A program made the position numbers and the translations under genes. From NCBI RefSeq assembly GCF_044704955.1, contig NC_092000.1, positions 11,098,001-11,162,000 on the forward strand: 64,000 bases of DNA. Direction: 5' to 3'. Below the pieces are notes generated by a model. That model saw only the letters and a list, made by a program, of their open reading frames with translations, did not search any database and had not been told where the DNA came from. The first letter of the stretch is position 1. Each line of letters begins with the position of its first letter. Of the stretch, positions 36,969 through 49,529 are shown one piece after another. Source of the stretch: Pristiophorus japonicus (Eukaryota).

Positions 36969-39509
36969 TAGCACAGGTGCCCTTTCGCGATTCGCTCGGC
37001 TGCAGCCATTTTCCAGAGAAACATGGAGAGTTTGCTGAAATCTGTTCTGCACACCATTGTGTTTCAAGATGACATCCTGATCACTGGTCGTGACACCATC
37101 GAACATCTGTACAACCTGGAAGAGGTTCTAAGTCACCTAGACAGAGTGGGACTCAGGCTGAAACGCTCCAAGTGTGTTTTCCTGACGGCAGAATTTTTGG
37201 GGAGAAAGATTGCAGCAGACGGCATCAGGCCCATGGACTCAAAGACAGAGGCCATCAAGAATGTACCCAAACCACAGAATGTGATGGTGCTGCGTTCTTT
37301 CCTGGGACTCCTCAACTATTTCGGTAACTTTCTACCCGGGTTGAGCACGTTGTTCGAGCCTTTGCACATGTTGCTATGCAAGGGTGACAGCTGAGTTTGG
37401 GGCAAATCTCAAGACACAGCCTTTGAGAAGGTCAGGAATGTTGAAATAAGTTAATTTTACACTATGACTCATGGAAACATTTAGTGCGAGCTTGTGACGC
37501 CTCATCGTACAGGGTCAGCTGTGTGTTACAGCAAGCCAATGTATTGGGCAACCTTCAACTGGTTGCATACGTATCTAGAAGTCTGTCTAAGGCTGAGAGA
37601 GCCTATAGTATGGTCGAGAAAGAGGCATTAAGAAAATGCACCAATACCTATTTGGACTTCGGTTTGAGCTTGAAACTGACCACAAGCCGCTCATTTCGCT
37701 GTTTTCAGAGAGCAAAGATATAAATACCAATGTTTCATCCGCATCCAAAGATGGGCACTAACATCATCTGCTTATGACTGTTATCCGCCACAGACCAGGC
37801 ACTAAAAACTGTGTCAATGCTCTCAGCTGGCTACCATTACCCACCACTGGAGTTGAAATGGCGCAGCCCGCAGACTTGCTACTGGTCATGGATGCTTTTG
37901 AGAGCGAGGGGTCACCCGTCACAGCTCGCCAGATCAGGATCTGGACCAGCCAGGATCCTGCGCTATCATTAGTAAAGAGTTGCGTCCTAATTGGGAACTG
38001 GTCGGCCGTTTCCCAGGGAAATGCAAGATGAAATTAAGCCATTTCACTGACGCAAAGATGAAATGTCCATCCAGTTAAATTGTCTCTTGTGGGGTAATCG
38101 CGTGGTTTTTCTAAAAAAAGGCAGGGAAACGTTTATACGCAACCCACTCAGTACCCACCCAGGCATTGTCATTGAAGGAAATTGCCAGGTCGCATGTTTG
38201 GTGGCCCGGCATTGACTCGGACTTAGAATCATGTGTACATCAGTGCAACACTTGATCGCAACTGAGCAATGCACCAAGGGAGGCTCCACTGAGTCTGTGG
38301 TCATGGCCCTCCAAATCATGGTCCAGGATCCACATAGATTTTGCCGGCCCATTTCTAGGAAAGATGGTTTTAGTAGTAGTGGACGCTTACTCCAAATGGA
38401 TTGAATGCGTAATCTGTCATCCAGCACATCCACAGCCGCCATTGAAAGCCTCTGGGCCATGATCGCCACCCATGGCTTGCCCGAAGTCCTTGTCAGCGAC
38501 AATGGCCCGTGTTTCACCAGCTCGGAATTCAACGAGTTTCTGACCAGCAATGGCATCAAGCATGTCAGGTCTTCTTGGTTTAAGCCCGCGTCTAACGGTC
38601 AAGCAGAGTAGGCAGTCCAAACCATCAAGCAGAGCATGAAACGCGTGACGGACGGTTCCCTGCAGACCCGCTTGTCTCGCATTCTGCTCAGTTACCGGAC
38701 GTGACCCCACTCACTCACCAGGGTTCCCCCGGCAGAATTGTTAATGAAGAGAGCCCTCAAACCAGGCTCTCCCTAGTCCACCGGGATCTTAATGATCCCG
38801 TAGAAACCCAGCGACACCGGCAGAACATGTACCACGATCGCGCGGCTGTTTCATGTGACATTGATGATAACGACCCTGTGATTGTCCTGAATTACGGTCA
38901 TGGTCCCAAGTCGGTTGCTGGCACAGTTTTGGCCAAGGAAGGGAATAGGTTGTTTATAATCAAACTGTTAAATGGCCAAACGTGCAGAAAGCATTTAGAT
39001 CAGACCAAATTGTGATTTACCGACAACCAGGAATGACTTGAAGAGGACATCACCATCGGCGATCCACCAACACACACCCAACCAACAATCGACCTCGCTG
39101 TCAATCACGAGGATGAACCCACCGTTGCTGACAGTCTGGTCAGACCAGTCACGGTGCAGTGCAGCAATGGTCCGGCCAACTCACACATGCCAGGGTTTGA
39201 ACTTAGACGATCAACCAGGGAGCGGAGGGCTCCTGATTGCCTCAACTTGTAAATAACTTGTACCGAAGACTTTTGGGGGGGGGGGGGCGGGTGGAGTGAT
39301 GTTATGTATGTAACTATGTAACACTTGCCACCAGAGGGGGTGACTGTTGGAGTCCTAATGATCGCATGCACACACGTGCAGGGCCAGTATAAAAGGTTGG
39401 CTGCCATGTTGTTTAGGCACTCTGGAGTTGTAATAAAGAAGACGAAGGTCACACTAAGTTTAGCTCACAGTACTCAGCCTCGTGGAGTTCTTCTACACGT
39501 AATACTTAC

Positions 39510-39601
39510 AACATATGTGACGATGGATGTCACAATGACCAGGAAAAGCACAGCACTGACACTGATCACAATGACCATCAACTGTTGGTCGGTAATCTCA
39601 T
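39510..39601 (-). CDS. IgSF receptor exon 5: transmembrane (Y)EITDQQLMVIVISVSAVLFLVIVTSIVTYV
   Basis: Acceptor cctgtttgtgttacag, donor GTT|gtaagt; 92 nt, phase 1-0. About 24 uncharged, mostly hydrophobic residues. Not in the ORF track. Confidence 0.88.
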
Positions 39602-39639
39602 CTGTAACACAAACAGGAAATCAGGAGTCACTACCACAG

Positions 39640-40830
39640 GATTACACAGGATATACGGCACAGAAACAGGCCATTTGGCCCAACCAGTCCATGCCGTCGT
39701 TTATGCTCCACTCGAGCCTCCTCCTGTCTTTCCTCATCTAAATCTATCAGCATAACCCTCTATTCCCTTCTCCCTCATATGCTTGTCCAGCCTCCCCTTA
39801 AATGCATCGATACTATTCGCCTCAACCACTCCCTGTGGTTGCGAGTTCCACATTCTCATCCCTCTCTGGGTAAAGAAGTTTCTTCTGAATTCCCTATTGG
39901 ATTTCTTGATGACTATCTTATATTGATGGCCTCTAGTTATGCTCGTCCCCACAAGTGGAAACATTCTTTCTGCATCTTCCCTTTCATAATTTTAAAGACC
40001 TCTATTAGGTCACCCCTCAGCCTTCTCTTTTCAAAAGAAAAGAGACCCATCCTGTTCATCTTTTCCTGATACGTATACTCTCGCATTTCTGGTATCATCC
40101 TTGTAAATCTTCTCTGCTTCTCCTGTATATTCTTTTTATAATATGGCAACCAGATGCACACAGTACTCCAAGTGTGGTCTAACCAAGGTTCGATAGTTTA
40201 GCATAACTTCACATTGAGTGGTTTGTCTTTATTATTAATTCACGGGATGTGGGCATCGTCGGCAAGGCCAGCATTTATTGCCCATCCCTAATTGCCCTCG
40301 AGAAGGTGGTGGTGAGCCGCCATCTTCAATACGGCTGAGTGTCTCGCTGGGCCATTTCAGAGGGCAGTTAAGAGTCAACCACATTGCTGTGGGTCTGGAG
40401 TCACATATAGGCCCAGACCGGGTAAGGACGGCAGATTTCCTTCCCTAAAGGACATTAGTGAACCCGATGGGTTTTTATGACAATCTGGTAGTTTCACGGT
40501 CACCATTACTGATTCCAGCTTTTTATTCCACATTTATTAAATTAACTGAATTTTTTAATTCCCCAGCTGCCGTGGTGGGATTTGAACTCGGGTTTCCGGA
40601 TCATTAGTCCAGGCCATAACCACTATGCTACCGATCCCTAAATTGAGACGAATAACATCGATGCATTTAAAATGAAGCTAGATAAGTATATGAGGGAGAA
40701 AGGAATAGCAGGATATGCTGATGGGGTGAGAAGAAGAGAGGTGGGAGGAGGCTCGAGTGGAGCATAAACACTGACACAGAGTCGGACCTGTTGGGCTGAA
40801 TGGCCTGTTTCCGTAGGTTCTGTCATTCTG
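39640..40830. mobile_element. CR1 3' end (-), SINE (~40235-40635, -), CR1 tail (+)
   Basis: KRRLRGDLIEVFK on minus; gcatttattgcccatccctaattgccc SINE tail. Confidence 0.75.
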
Positions 40831-41940
40831 TGTATTACAAAGTATATGTAGTGTCTGGTTCTTTTGCTAATTCTCTTATATCTGTGTCCTCCAGTTACCG
40901 ACCCTTCTGCCAGTGGAAACAGTTTCCCCTTCTATGACAACCCATTAACAATGTGAATGCTTCCATTACATCTCCCCTTAACCTTAGGCGTACGTTTGCG
41001 CACACATTGGACGAGAGCGTTGGGCTGGGCTTTAGGCAGCTGGGGAATTTAAAAATTCAGTTAATTTAATAAATGTGGAATAAAAAGCCTGACAACTGTT
41101 CCTTGTTCCTGGAGCGTATCCGGTGTGCATGGAACTGCCACACAGCAACAACAACAAAATCGGCGCTTTTGGGAAGGAGGGAAGAGAAACATGAAAAGAA
41201 AAAAAAAAAAGCACACAACAAAGCCACAACAATAAAACTTGCGTCCCATTCTGGGCACCGCACTGTGGCGACAGGGCAGGGGTGTGGAGCTAATCGCCAG
41301 CCCTTTCAGAGATCGAGCACAGGCAGGATGGGCTGAACGACCTCCTTCTGTGCTGTTGGACTTTCCCGTCCTTTGCGCTGCGGGGTTTGGCCCCGGAGCG
41401 GCGTGAAAGGCGGCGGTGCGGTCTCCAGCGCCCTGCCGCGATCCTCCGGTCGAGTTTGCGGTGGCGCGGAGCACGAGCGCCGGGAAGAGCTGCGCCCGGT
41501 GTGCAACGCCCCCGGGTTGTGACACCGGTGCGAGTTTGAACTCCTGCCCGAGTCGTCCGCCCGGAAGTGCGCACCGCAATGGCCGCCTGGGAAATCAGAG
41601 CGGTCCAGCATAGCCGGCGGCATGGAGGTAGGGTACTCGGCAGGTAAGTGCGAGTCTTTCTCGTTTTAATTTTTTGTGCGATTTGTGTTGCTGTGGCGTC
41701 GGCAATATTTTAGGAATGTTTTGTGTGGTTTTTATAGGTTTTCCCTCCACCCTTACCCATGGCTTCTCTGGAAGCGCTCCCAGCCCGGCTCTTTAGCTCG
41801 GGAGTTTCCCATCCTAGCGCCCCGAGAGGCGTACACCGCCTCCCTTAGCGCTACGCCCCCTAACGCGGGGCCGAGCTGCCCAAACTTACAGACTGAGGCA
41901 CAAACTATCCCCGGCCGCTAACTTTCCCGCCCCGCCACCA

Positions 41941-43742
41941 TACGTAGGTCCCTTGCAGTCAGATTCAGGTGAATTTATAATGGGGAACAAAGAAATGGCG
42001 GATCAGTTGAACAAATACTTTGGTTCTGTCTTCACGAAGGAAGACACAAATAACCTTCCGGAAGTACGAGGGGAGCGAGGGTCTAGTGAGAAGGAGGAAC
42101 TGAAGGATATCCTTATTAGTCAGGAAATTGTGTTAGGGAAATTGATGGGATTGAAGGCCGATAAATCCCCGGGGCCTGATAGTCTAGAGTACTTAAGGAA
42201 GTGTTCCTAGAAATAGTGGATGCATTGGTGATCATTTTCCAACAGTCTACCAATTCTGGATCAGTTCCTATGGACTGGACGGTAGCTAATGTAACACCAC
42301 TTTTTAAAAAAGGAGGGAGAGAAAAAAATGGGTAATTATACACCGGTTAGCCTGACATCAGTAGTGGGGAAAATGTTGGAATCAATTATTAAAGATGAAA
42401 TAACAGCACATTTGGAAAGCAGTGACAGGATCGGTCCAAGTCAACATGGATTTATGAAAGGGAAATCATGCTTGACAAATCTTCTGGAATTTTTTGAGGA
42501 TGTAACTAGTAGAGTGGACAAGAGAGAAGCAGTGGATGGCGTGTATTTGGACTTTCAAAAGGCTTTTGACAAGGTCCCGCACAAGAGATTGGTGTGCAAA
42601 ATTAAAGCACATGGTATTGGGAGTAATGCACTGACGTGGATAGAGAACTGGTTGGCAGACAGGAAGCAGAGAGTCGGGATAAACGGGTCCTTTTCAGAAT
42701 GGCAGGCAGTGACTAGTGGGGTGCCGCAGGGCTCAGTGCTGGGACCCCAGCTATTTACAATATACATTAATGATTTAGACGAAGGAATTGAGTGTAATAT
42801 CTCCAAGTTTGCAAATGACACTAAACTTGATGGCGGAGTGAGCTGTGAGGAGGACGCTAAGAGGCTGCAGGCAGATTTGGACAGGTTAGGTGAGTGGGCA
42901 AATGCATGGCAGATGCAGTATAATGTGGATAAATGTGAGGTTATCCACTTTGGGGGCAAAAACACAAAGGCAAAATATTACCTGAATGGCGGCAGATTAG
43001 GAAAAGGGGAGGTGCAAAGAGACCTGGGTGTTATGGTACATCAGTCATTGAAAGTTGGCATGCAGGTACAGCAGGCAGTGAAGAAGGCAAATGATATGTT
43101 GGCCTTCATAGCTAGGGGTTTTGAGTATAGGAGCAGGGAGGTCTTACTGTAGTTGTACAGGGCCTTGGTGAGGCCTCACCTGGAATATTGTGTTCAGTTT
43201 TGGTCTCCTAATCTGAGGAAGGACATTCTTGTTATTGAGGGAGTGCAGCTAAGGTTCACCAGACTGATTCCCAGGATGGCTGGACTGACATATGAGGAGA
43301 GACTGGATCGACTGGGCCTTTATTCAGTGGAGTATAGAAGGATGAGAGGGGATCTCATAGAAACATATAAAATTCTGACAGGACTGGACAGGTTAGATGC
43401 AGGAAGAATGTTCCCGATGTTGGGGAAGTCCAGAACCAGGGGACACAGTCTAAGGATAAAGGGTGAGCCATTTAGGACTGAGATGAGGAGAAACTTCTTC
43501 ACTCACAGTTGTTAACCTGTGGAATTCCCTACCGCAGAGAGTTGTTGATGCCAGTTCATTGGATATATTCAAGAGGGAATTAGATATGGCCCTTACAGCT
43601 AAAGGGATCAAGGGGTATGGAGAGAAAGCAGGAATGGGGTACTGAAATTGCATGATCAGTCATGATCATATTGAATGGTGGTGCAGGCTCGAAGGGCCGA
43701 ATGGCCTACTCCTGCACCTATTTTCTATGTTTCTATGTTTCT
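41941..43742 (+). mobile_element. CR1 LINE inserted in the GC-rich DNA element 41355-43775
   Basis: RT ORF 42328-43515; host sequence resumes (tatcgccccgaaaac) after the tail, as in the intact copy at 13990. Confidence 0.92.
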
Positions 43743-43833
43743 ATCGCCCCGAAAACAAAAGCCAAAAATCTAGTTCTTAACATGATTCTACGAAAAACTC
43801 AAGACGCCTTCAGTACAAAGCGGAGATACAAAC

Positions 43834-44112
43834 AGTTTATCTGCGGGTCAATCACAGTGACTATCAGCATGGACTGCCTCTTTCCCAGCTTGTTGCTCGC
43901 GATGCAGCGGTAGACACCCTGGTCGTTGGATGAGATGTTATGCACCCTGATCCTCAGGTGTCTCGTTTTTCTGACCAGCAAGACCATGCTATTTCGGTAC
44001 CAACTCATTTCGGCTGTAGGGTTGCTACTGGCCAAGCATGTCAACTCGAGCAGCTCACCCGTCGTCTTCACAATATTTCCCTCAGGTTCCACCCGAAGAT
44101 TTACAGGCCCAT
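43834..44112 (-). CDS. IgSF receptor exon 4: C2/I-set Ig domain
   Basis: Acceptor tttcttttaacag gives a YGPVNL linker. Canonical GELLELTC..SNP..SWYRN..DQGVYRCIASNKLG. The 3' boundary uses a weak T|gtttgt donor (279 nt, phase 1) and is less certain. Confidence 0.85.
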
Positions 44113-44134
44113 CTGTTAAAAGAAAGAAAGACTA

Positions 44135-46470
44135 AGCAGAGCCTCCATTTCAAAATTCTCAGCCTTGTTTTCAAATTCCTCCATATCCCTAAGCTCCTCC
44201 AGCTCCCCACCCCCCACCCACTACCCCCCTCCCCTCCAGCTTCCCCTCCCCTCCCACCCGAGATGTCTGCGCTCCTCTAATTCTGCCCTCTTGAGCATCC
44301 CTGATTATAATCGCTCAACCATCGGTGGCCGTGCCTTCAGCTGCCTCGGCCCCAAGCTCTGGAACTCCCTCCCTAATCCTCTCCGCCTCTCTTTCCTCCT
44401 TTAAGACACTCCTTAAAACCTCCCTCTTTGATCAAGTTTTTGGTCACTTGCCATAATTTCTCCTTATGGGGCTTGGTGTCAACTTTATTTTTTTGTCTTA
44501 AAACACTCCTGTGAAGCGCCTTGGGACATTTTACTATGTTAAAGGCGCTATATAGATACAAGTTGTTGTTATTTATATAGCACCTTTCACGACCTCAGGA
44601 CGTCCCAAAGCGCTTTACAGCCAATGAACTACTTTTGGAGTGCAGTCACTGTTGTAATGTGGGAAATGCGGCAGCCAATTTGCGCACAGCAAGCTCCCAC
44701 AAACAGCAACGTGACAAATGACCAGATAATCTGTTCTTTTGTCACTTTGAGTGAGGGATAAATATTGGCCAGGACACAAGAACATAAGAACATAAGAACA
44801 TAACATAAGAAGGCCATCTAGCCCCTCGAGCCTGCTCCGCCATTCAACAAGATCATGGCTGATCTGGCCGTGGACTCAGCTCCACTTACCTGCCCGCTCC
44901 CTGTAACCTTTAATTCCCTTATTGGTTAAAAATCTATCTATCTGTGATTTGAATACATTCAATGAGCTAGCCTCAACTGCTTCCTTGGGCAGAGAATTCC
45001 ACAGATTCACAACTCTCTGGGAGAAGAAATTCCTTCTCAACTCGGTTTTAAATTGGCTCCCCCGTATTTTGAGGCTGTGCCCCCTAGTTCTAGTCTCCCC
45101 GACCAGTGGAAACAACCTCTTTGCCTCTATCTTGACTATCCCTTTCATTATTTTAAATGTTTCTATAAGATCACCCCTCATCCTTCTGAACTCCAACGAG
45201 TAAAGACCCAGTCTACTCAATCTATCATAAGGTAACCCTCTAATCTCTGAAATCAGCCTAGTGAATCGTCTCTGTACCCCTTCCACCAGGGACTAGTGCC
45301 ATGGGATTTTTTTATGGCCACCTGAAAGAGCAGATGTGGCCTCGGTTTAACATCTCGTCCGAAAGAAAAGAGTCTCTGAAAAAACACGAACAAAAAAATC
45401 ATTTTAAACTCCCCCCAGATTAAAACTTGCCTGAAATAGTAGATATAAGGAACATACTCTCGCCTAGTGGGCAGAAGCATGGTACTAAGTCAAACAGACC
45501 AGAAGATCCTAGTCTGTCTGATACCTGCCGTGTGTCGAGTTAGCCAATCCCAGCTAGGGCAGCAGTAAGGGTGCCTTCATGGATTTGGCCTCAGTGCCCT
45601 TTAGCTCAGAAATAGACAAAATCAGCCACGGTTCCTCATCACCTTCCAGCAATCCCTGCTGCCACAGTGAGTGTTTGAGGACATGAGGAGAGGAGCAGGC
45701 TTGGCTATGGTTGGATAGCCTGCTGATGCTCACTGTTCAGGGTCACTCGTGGAGAATAGCCACTCTGCCAAGATCATAGAATTTCATTGAGGGGATTGAC
45801 TTAGGAGGAAAGGTTGAGTAGGTTGGGCCTCTACTCATTGGAATTCAGAAGAATGAAAGGTGAGCTTATCGAAACACATAAGATTATGAGGGGGCTTCAC
45901 AAGGTGGATGCAGAGAGGATATTTCCACTGATGAGGGAGACAAGAACTAGAGGGCATAATCTTAGAATAAAGGGACCACCCATTTAAAACTGAGATGAGG
46001 AGAAATTTCCTCTGAGGGTTGTGGATCTGTGGAATTCGCTGCCTCAGAGGGCTGTGGAAGCTGGGACATTGAATAAATTTAAGACAGAAATAGACAGTTT
46101 CTTAAACGATAAGAGAATAAGGGGTTATGGGGAGTGGGCAGGGAAGTGGAGCTGAGTCCATGATCAGATCAGCCATGATCGTATTACATGGCGGAGCAGG
46201 CTTGAGGGGCCGTATGGCCTACTCCTGCTCCTATTTCTTGTGTTATGTTCTTAGTAGCACAGAAGGAGGCCATTCGGGCTCATCATGCCTGTGCCGGCTC
46301 TTTGGTAGAGCTGTCGAATTGGTCCCACTTCTCCCGCTGATCTTTCCCCATAGCCCTGCAAATGTCTCCTATTCGAGTAGCTGTCCAATTTCCTTTTGAC
46401 AGTTACTATTGAATCTGCTCCCACCGCCCTTTCAGGCTGCGCGTTCCAGATCACAACAACTCGCTGTATT
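44135..46470. mobile_element. intronic cluster: L2-like tail, SINE, CR1 3' ends in both orientations
   Basis: GGRAFSCLGPKLWNSLP; CR1 ends at 44775-45290 (-), 45800-46250 (+), 46250-46470 (-). Confidence 0.78.
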
Positions 46471-46592
46471 AAGAAGAAACTAGAAAATACTTGGTGGACG
46501 ACCAGGTCCAGCCCAACAAGGGGTTAGCACCTTCAGGGAAGGAGGAAGAGAAAGTATTTTGTTGCTGGATGTTCTGGCTGTCCAATACTTAC

Positions 46593-46892
46593 ATAAAACA
46601 TGGAGTCTTTGAGACCACGATGAGTTCATAGATTTGTGAGTGATCCGGCAAGTAATTGTTTTACCGTGGTCGTTTATCTGCGGTACAAATGAAACCGTGG
46701 ACATAGCTTTGAAGGTTCCATTGACATACATGGTGATAGATAACCCAACTCTTTCTCGTAGCGGAATCCCATCCTTCAGCCAATGCATCAGAATCTCTTT
46801 TGGATAAAATCCAATCGCACTCAAACTCAAAGTTGCAGCCTTCTTCACCTCCAACTGGGGCACATTCAAAATAGCCTGAGCAATTGGCACAG
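46593..46892 (-). CDS. IgSF receptor exon 3: C1-set-like Ig domain
   Basis: Acceptor tttattctttaag, donor T|gtaagt; 300 nt, phase 1-1. Motifs ATLSLSAIGFYPKEILMHWLKDG, NGTF, DHGKTITCRITHKSM. Confidence 0.9.
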
Positions 46893-46957
46893 CTTAAAGA
46901 ATAAATGAGAAAAGTATCGTTGAAATATTTTGCCACAACAGGAGGAATAAGTCGTCA

Positions 46958-48580
46958 GACATAGAAACATAGAAACAGAAAATAGGTGCAGGAGTAGGAG
47001 CCTGCATTGCCATTCAATATGATCATGGCCGATCATGCAACCTCAGTACCCCACCCCTGCCTTCTCTCCATATCCCCGATCCCTTTCGCCGTAAAGGCCT
47101 TATCTAACTCCCTTTGGAATATGTCAGAGCTGGAATAACAACTTTATGTGGCAGAGAATTCCACAGGCTCACAACTCTGGGTGAAAAAGTTTCTCCTCAT
47201 CTCAGTCCTCTATGGCTTACCCCTTATCCTTAGACTGTGACCTTTGGTTCTGGACTTCCCCAACATCGGGAACATTCTTCCTGCATCTAACCTGTCCAGT
47301 CCTGTCAGAATTGTATAAGTTTCTATGAGATCCCCTAAATTCCAGTGAGTATAAGCCTAGTCGATCCAGTCTCTCCTCAAATGTCAGTCCTGCCATCCCA
47401 GGAATCAGTCTGGTGAACCTTCGCTGTAATCCTTATTAGGCTGGACCTGGTCGTCCACCAACTTCTATATTTGTAATTAATTGCGTACATGGTTTGTGCT
47501 CAAGTACATTCCTGCTTCAAAAAAGTTGAGAACAAATATTTGTTCTTTTGACTTCCAGTCGCTCTCCTCTCTCATCCTTACCTGTGCTGAAGGCATTCAC
47601 TCATGTCAGGCAATTGTATGAAGACTGCCATGGCCAGGGTGTCCACCGGTATGCTCGCGACCTTCCGCGAGAGATGGGCACCGGAGGGACTGGAGTGCAT
47701 CATTTCAACAAGGAACAGAATTTTAATTTGATCTGGTTTGAAAAAGGTTCCCTTTAATTTCCAATTATTAAATTGTGGTTTATGGTGCCCTCAAAAAAAA
47801 AGGGCCACTTGATTTAAAATTGATTTAAAGTTACTTTTCAAAATAGTTGAAGACTGCCGCCATGTCTCTCATCCTCATAAGCATGCAAAGGACTAGACAT
47901 CAAGTGGCTGTAGGGTACTCAACCACAGCCATGAAGGTAGCAGGCCAGGACGATAAGGTGGTTAAGAAGGCATATGGGATACTTGTCTTTATTAACCGAG
48001 GCAAGGAGGTTATGCTTGAACTGTATAAAACACTAGTTAGGCCACAGCTAGAGTAATGAGTGCAGTTCTGGTCACCACATTACAGGAACAATGTGATTAC
48101 ACTAGAGAGGGTACAGAGGAGATTTACGAGGATGTTGCCTGGACTGGATTTTAGCAATGAGGCAAGATTGGATAGACTGGGTTTGTTTTCTTTGGAACAG
48201 AGGAGGCTGAGGGGAAACCTTATTGAGGTGTATAAAATTATGAGGATCCTAGATAGAGTGGATAGGAAGGACCTATTTTCCTTAGCAGAGGGGTCAGAAA
48301 CCCGGAGCCATAGATTTAAAGTAATTGGTAGAATAATTAGAGGGGATTTATGGGGAAATGTCTTCACCCAGAGGGTGGTGGGGGTCTGGAACTCACTGCC
48401 TGAAAGGGTGGTAGAGACAGAAACCCTCACCACATTTAAAAAGTACTTGGATGTGCACCTGAAGTGCCGTAACCTACAGGGCTACGGACCAACAGTTGGA
48501 AAGTGGGCTTAGGCTGGAGAGCTCTTTGTTGGCCGGCACGGACACAATGGGCCGAAATGGCCTCCTTCCGTGCTGTAAAA
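46958..48580. mobile_element. CR1 (-, 46958-47428), Tx1 3' tip (+, ~47630-47848), CR1 (+, 47930-48580)
   Basis: Family-typical 3' sequences and ORF 48060-48512. Confidence 0.8.
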
Positions 48581-49529
48581 CAAGGCACAGGAGTGTTCTC
48601 AAACTAAATTTGACACCGAGTCACATGAGATAGTAGGACAGATGACCAAAAGTTTCGTCAGAGAGGTAAATTTTAAGAAGGGTCTTAAAAGAAGAGAGAG
48701 AGAGAGAGAGAAAGAGAGAGATCCAGAGTTTCAGAGTTTAAGTTCTAGGCAGCTGAAGGCATGGCCGCCAATGGTGGAACGATGAAAATTGGGGATGTGC
48801 AAGAGGCCAGAATTGAAGGAGCGCAGAAATCTGAGGTTGTAGTGCTGGAGGAGGTTACAGAGACAGGGAGGGGTAACCAGGAGTCATCTGCCATTTCCCC
48901 CTCCCAGTCAGAGATGGCAAGGTACCTATTGTCTCCGCTTCCAACTGGTAACAACTCATTCAGGACAGGCCAGAGATCAACAGCTGGACTTTCCTAGTCT
49001 GTATCATTTACTCACTATGTATACTCGCTGAACCATCGGGGAGCCATTCTCCGCCTCCCCCCTGCCCCACTCTCTTAGCACCCGCAGTGTTCCCTAGGTT
49101 GAAAGGGCAATCAGCTGGCCCACCCCTAGGAGCCTGATATTTGTGGGAGCTTGCTGTGTGCAAATTGGCTGCCGTATTTCCCACATTACAACAGTGACTA
49201 CACTTTAAAAAGTACTTCATTGGCTGTAAAGCGCTTTGGGATGTCCTGAGGTCATGAAAGGCGCTATATAAATGCAAGTCCTTTTTTTTTTTCAAGGTTA
49301 AATACTCTTCTTGGGATCACATGGGTCTCCACACAGCCTCAGTACAGCATCAGATAGTCCATTTCCTCACTGAGTCGTTGGGGAGGAACCCTGAGGTGTT
49401 TCCACTGCAATAAGCACTAGACCAAGAGCCCGATCTCAACCAGTGTTGAACCCCAGCCATGACTGTCAGACAATCACCAACATCCAATCACTCTAAAGCT
49501 AAGTTACCCGCCTAGTCAGGAAAAAGCTA

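Larger units (their letters stand above)
29264..39504 (+). mobile_element. full-length decayed Gypsy LTR retrotransposon (family A), TSD CTTAC
   Basis: LTRs 29264-29466 and 39300-39504; PBS TGGCGACGAG (complementary to the tRNA-Ser(GCU) 3' end); gag with CCHC knuckles, protease LDTGAS, RT (FQDD) split by a CR1, RNaseH, integrase; cttac at 29259-29263 and 39505-39509. Confidence 0.95.
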
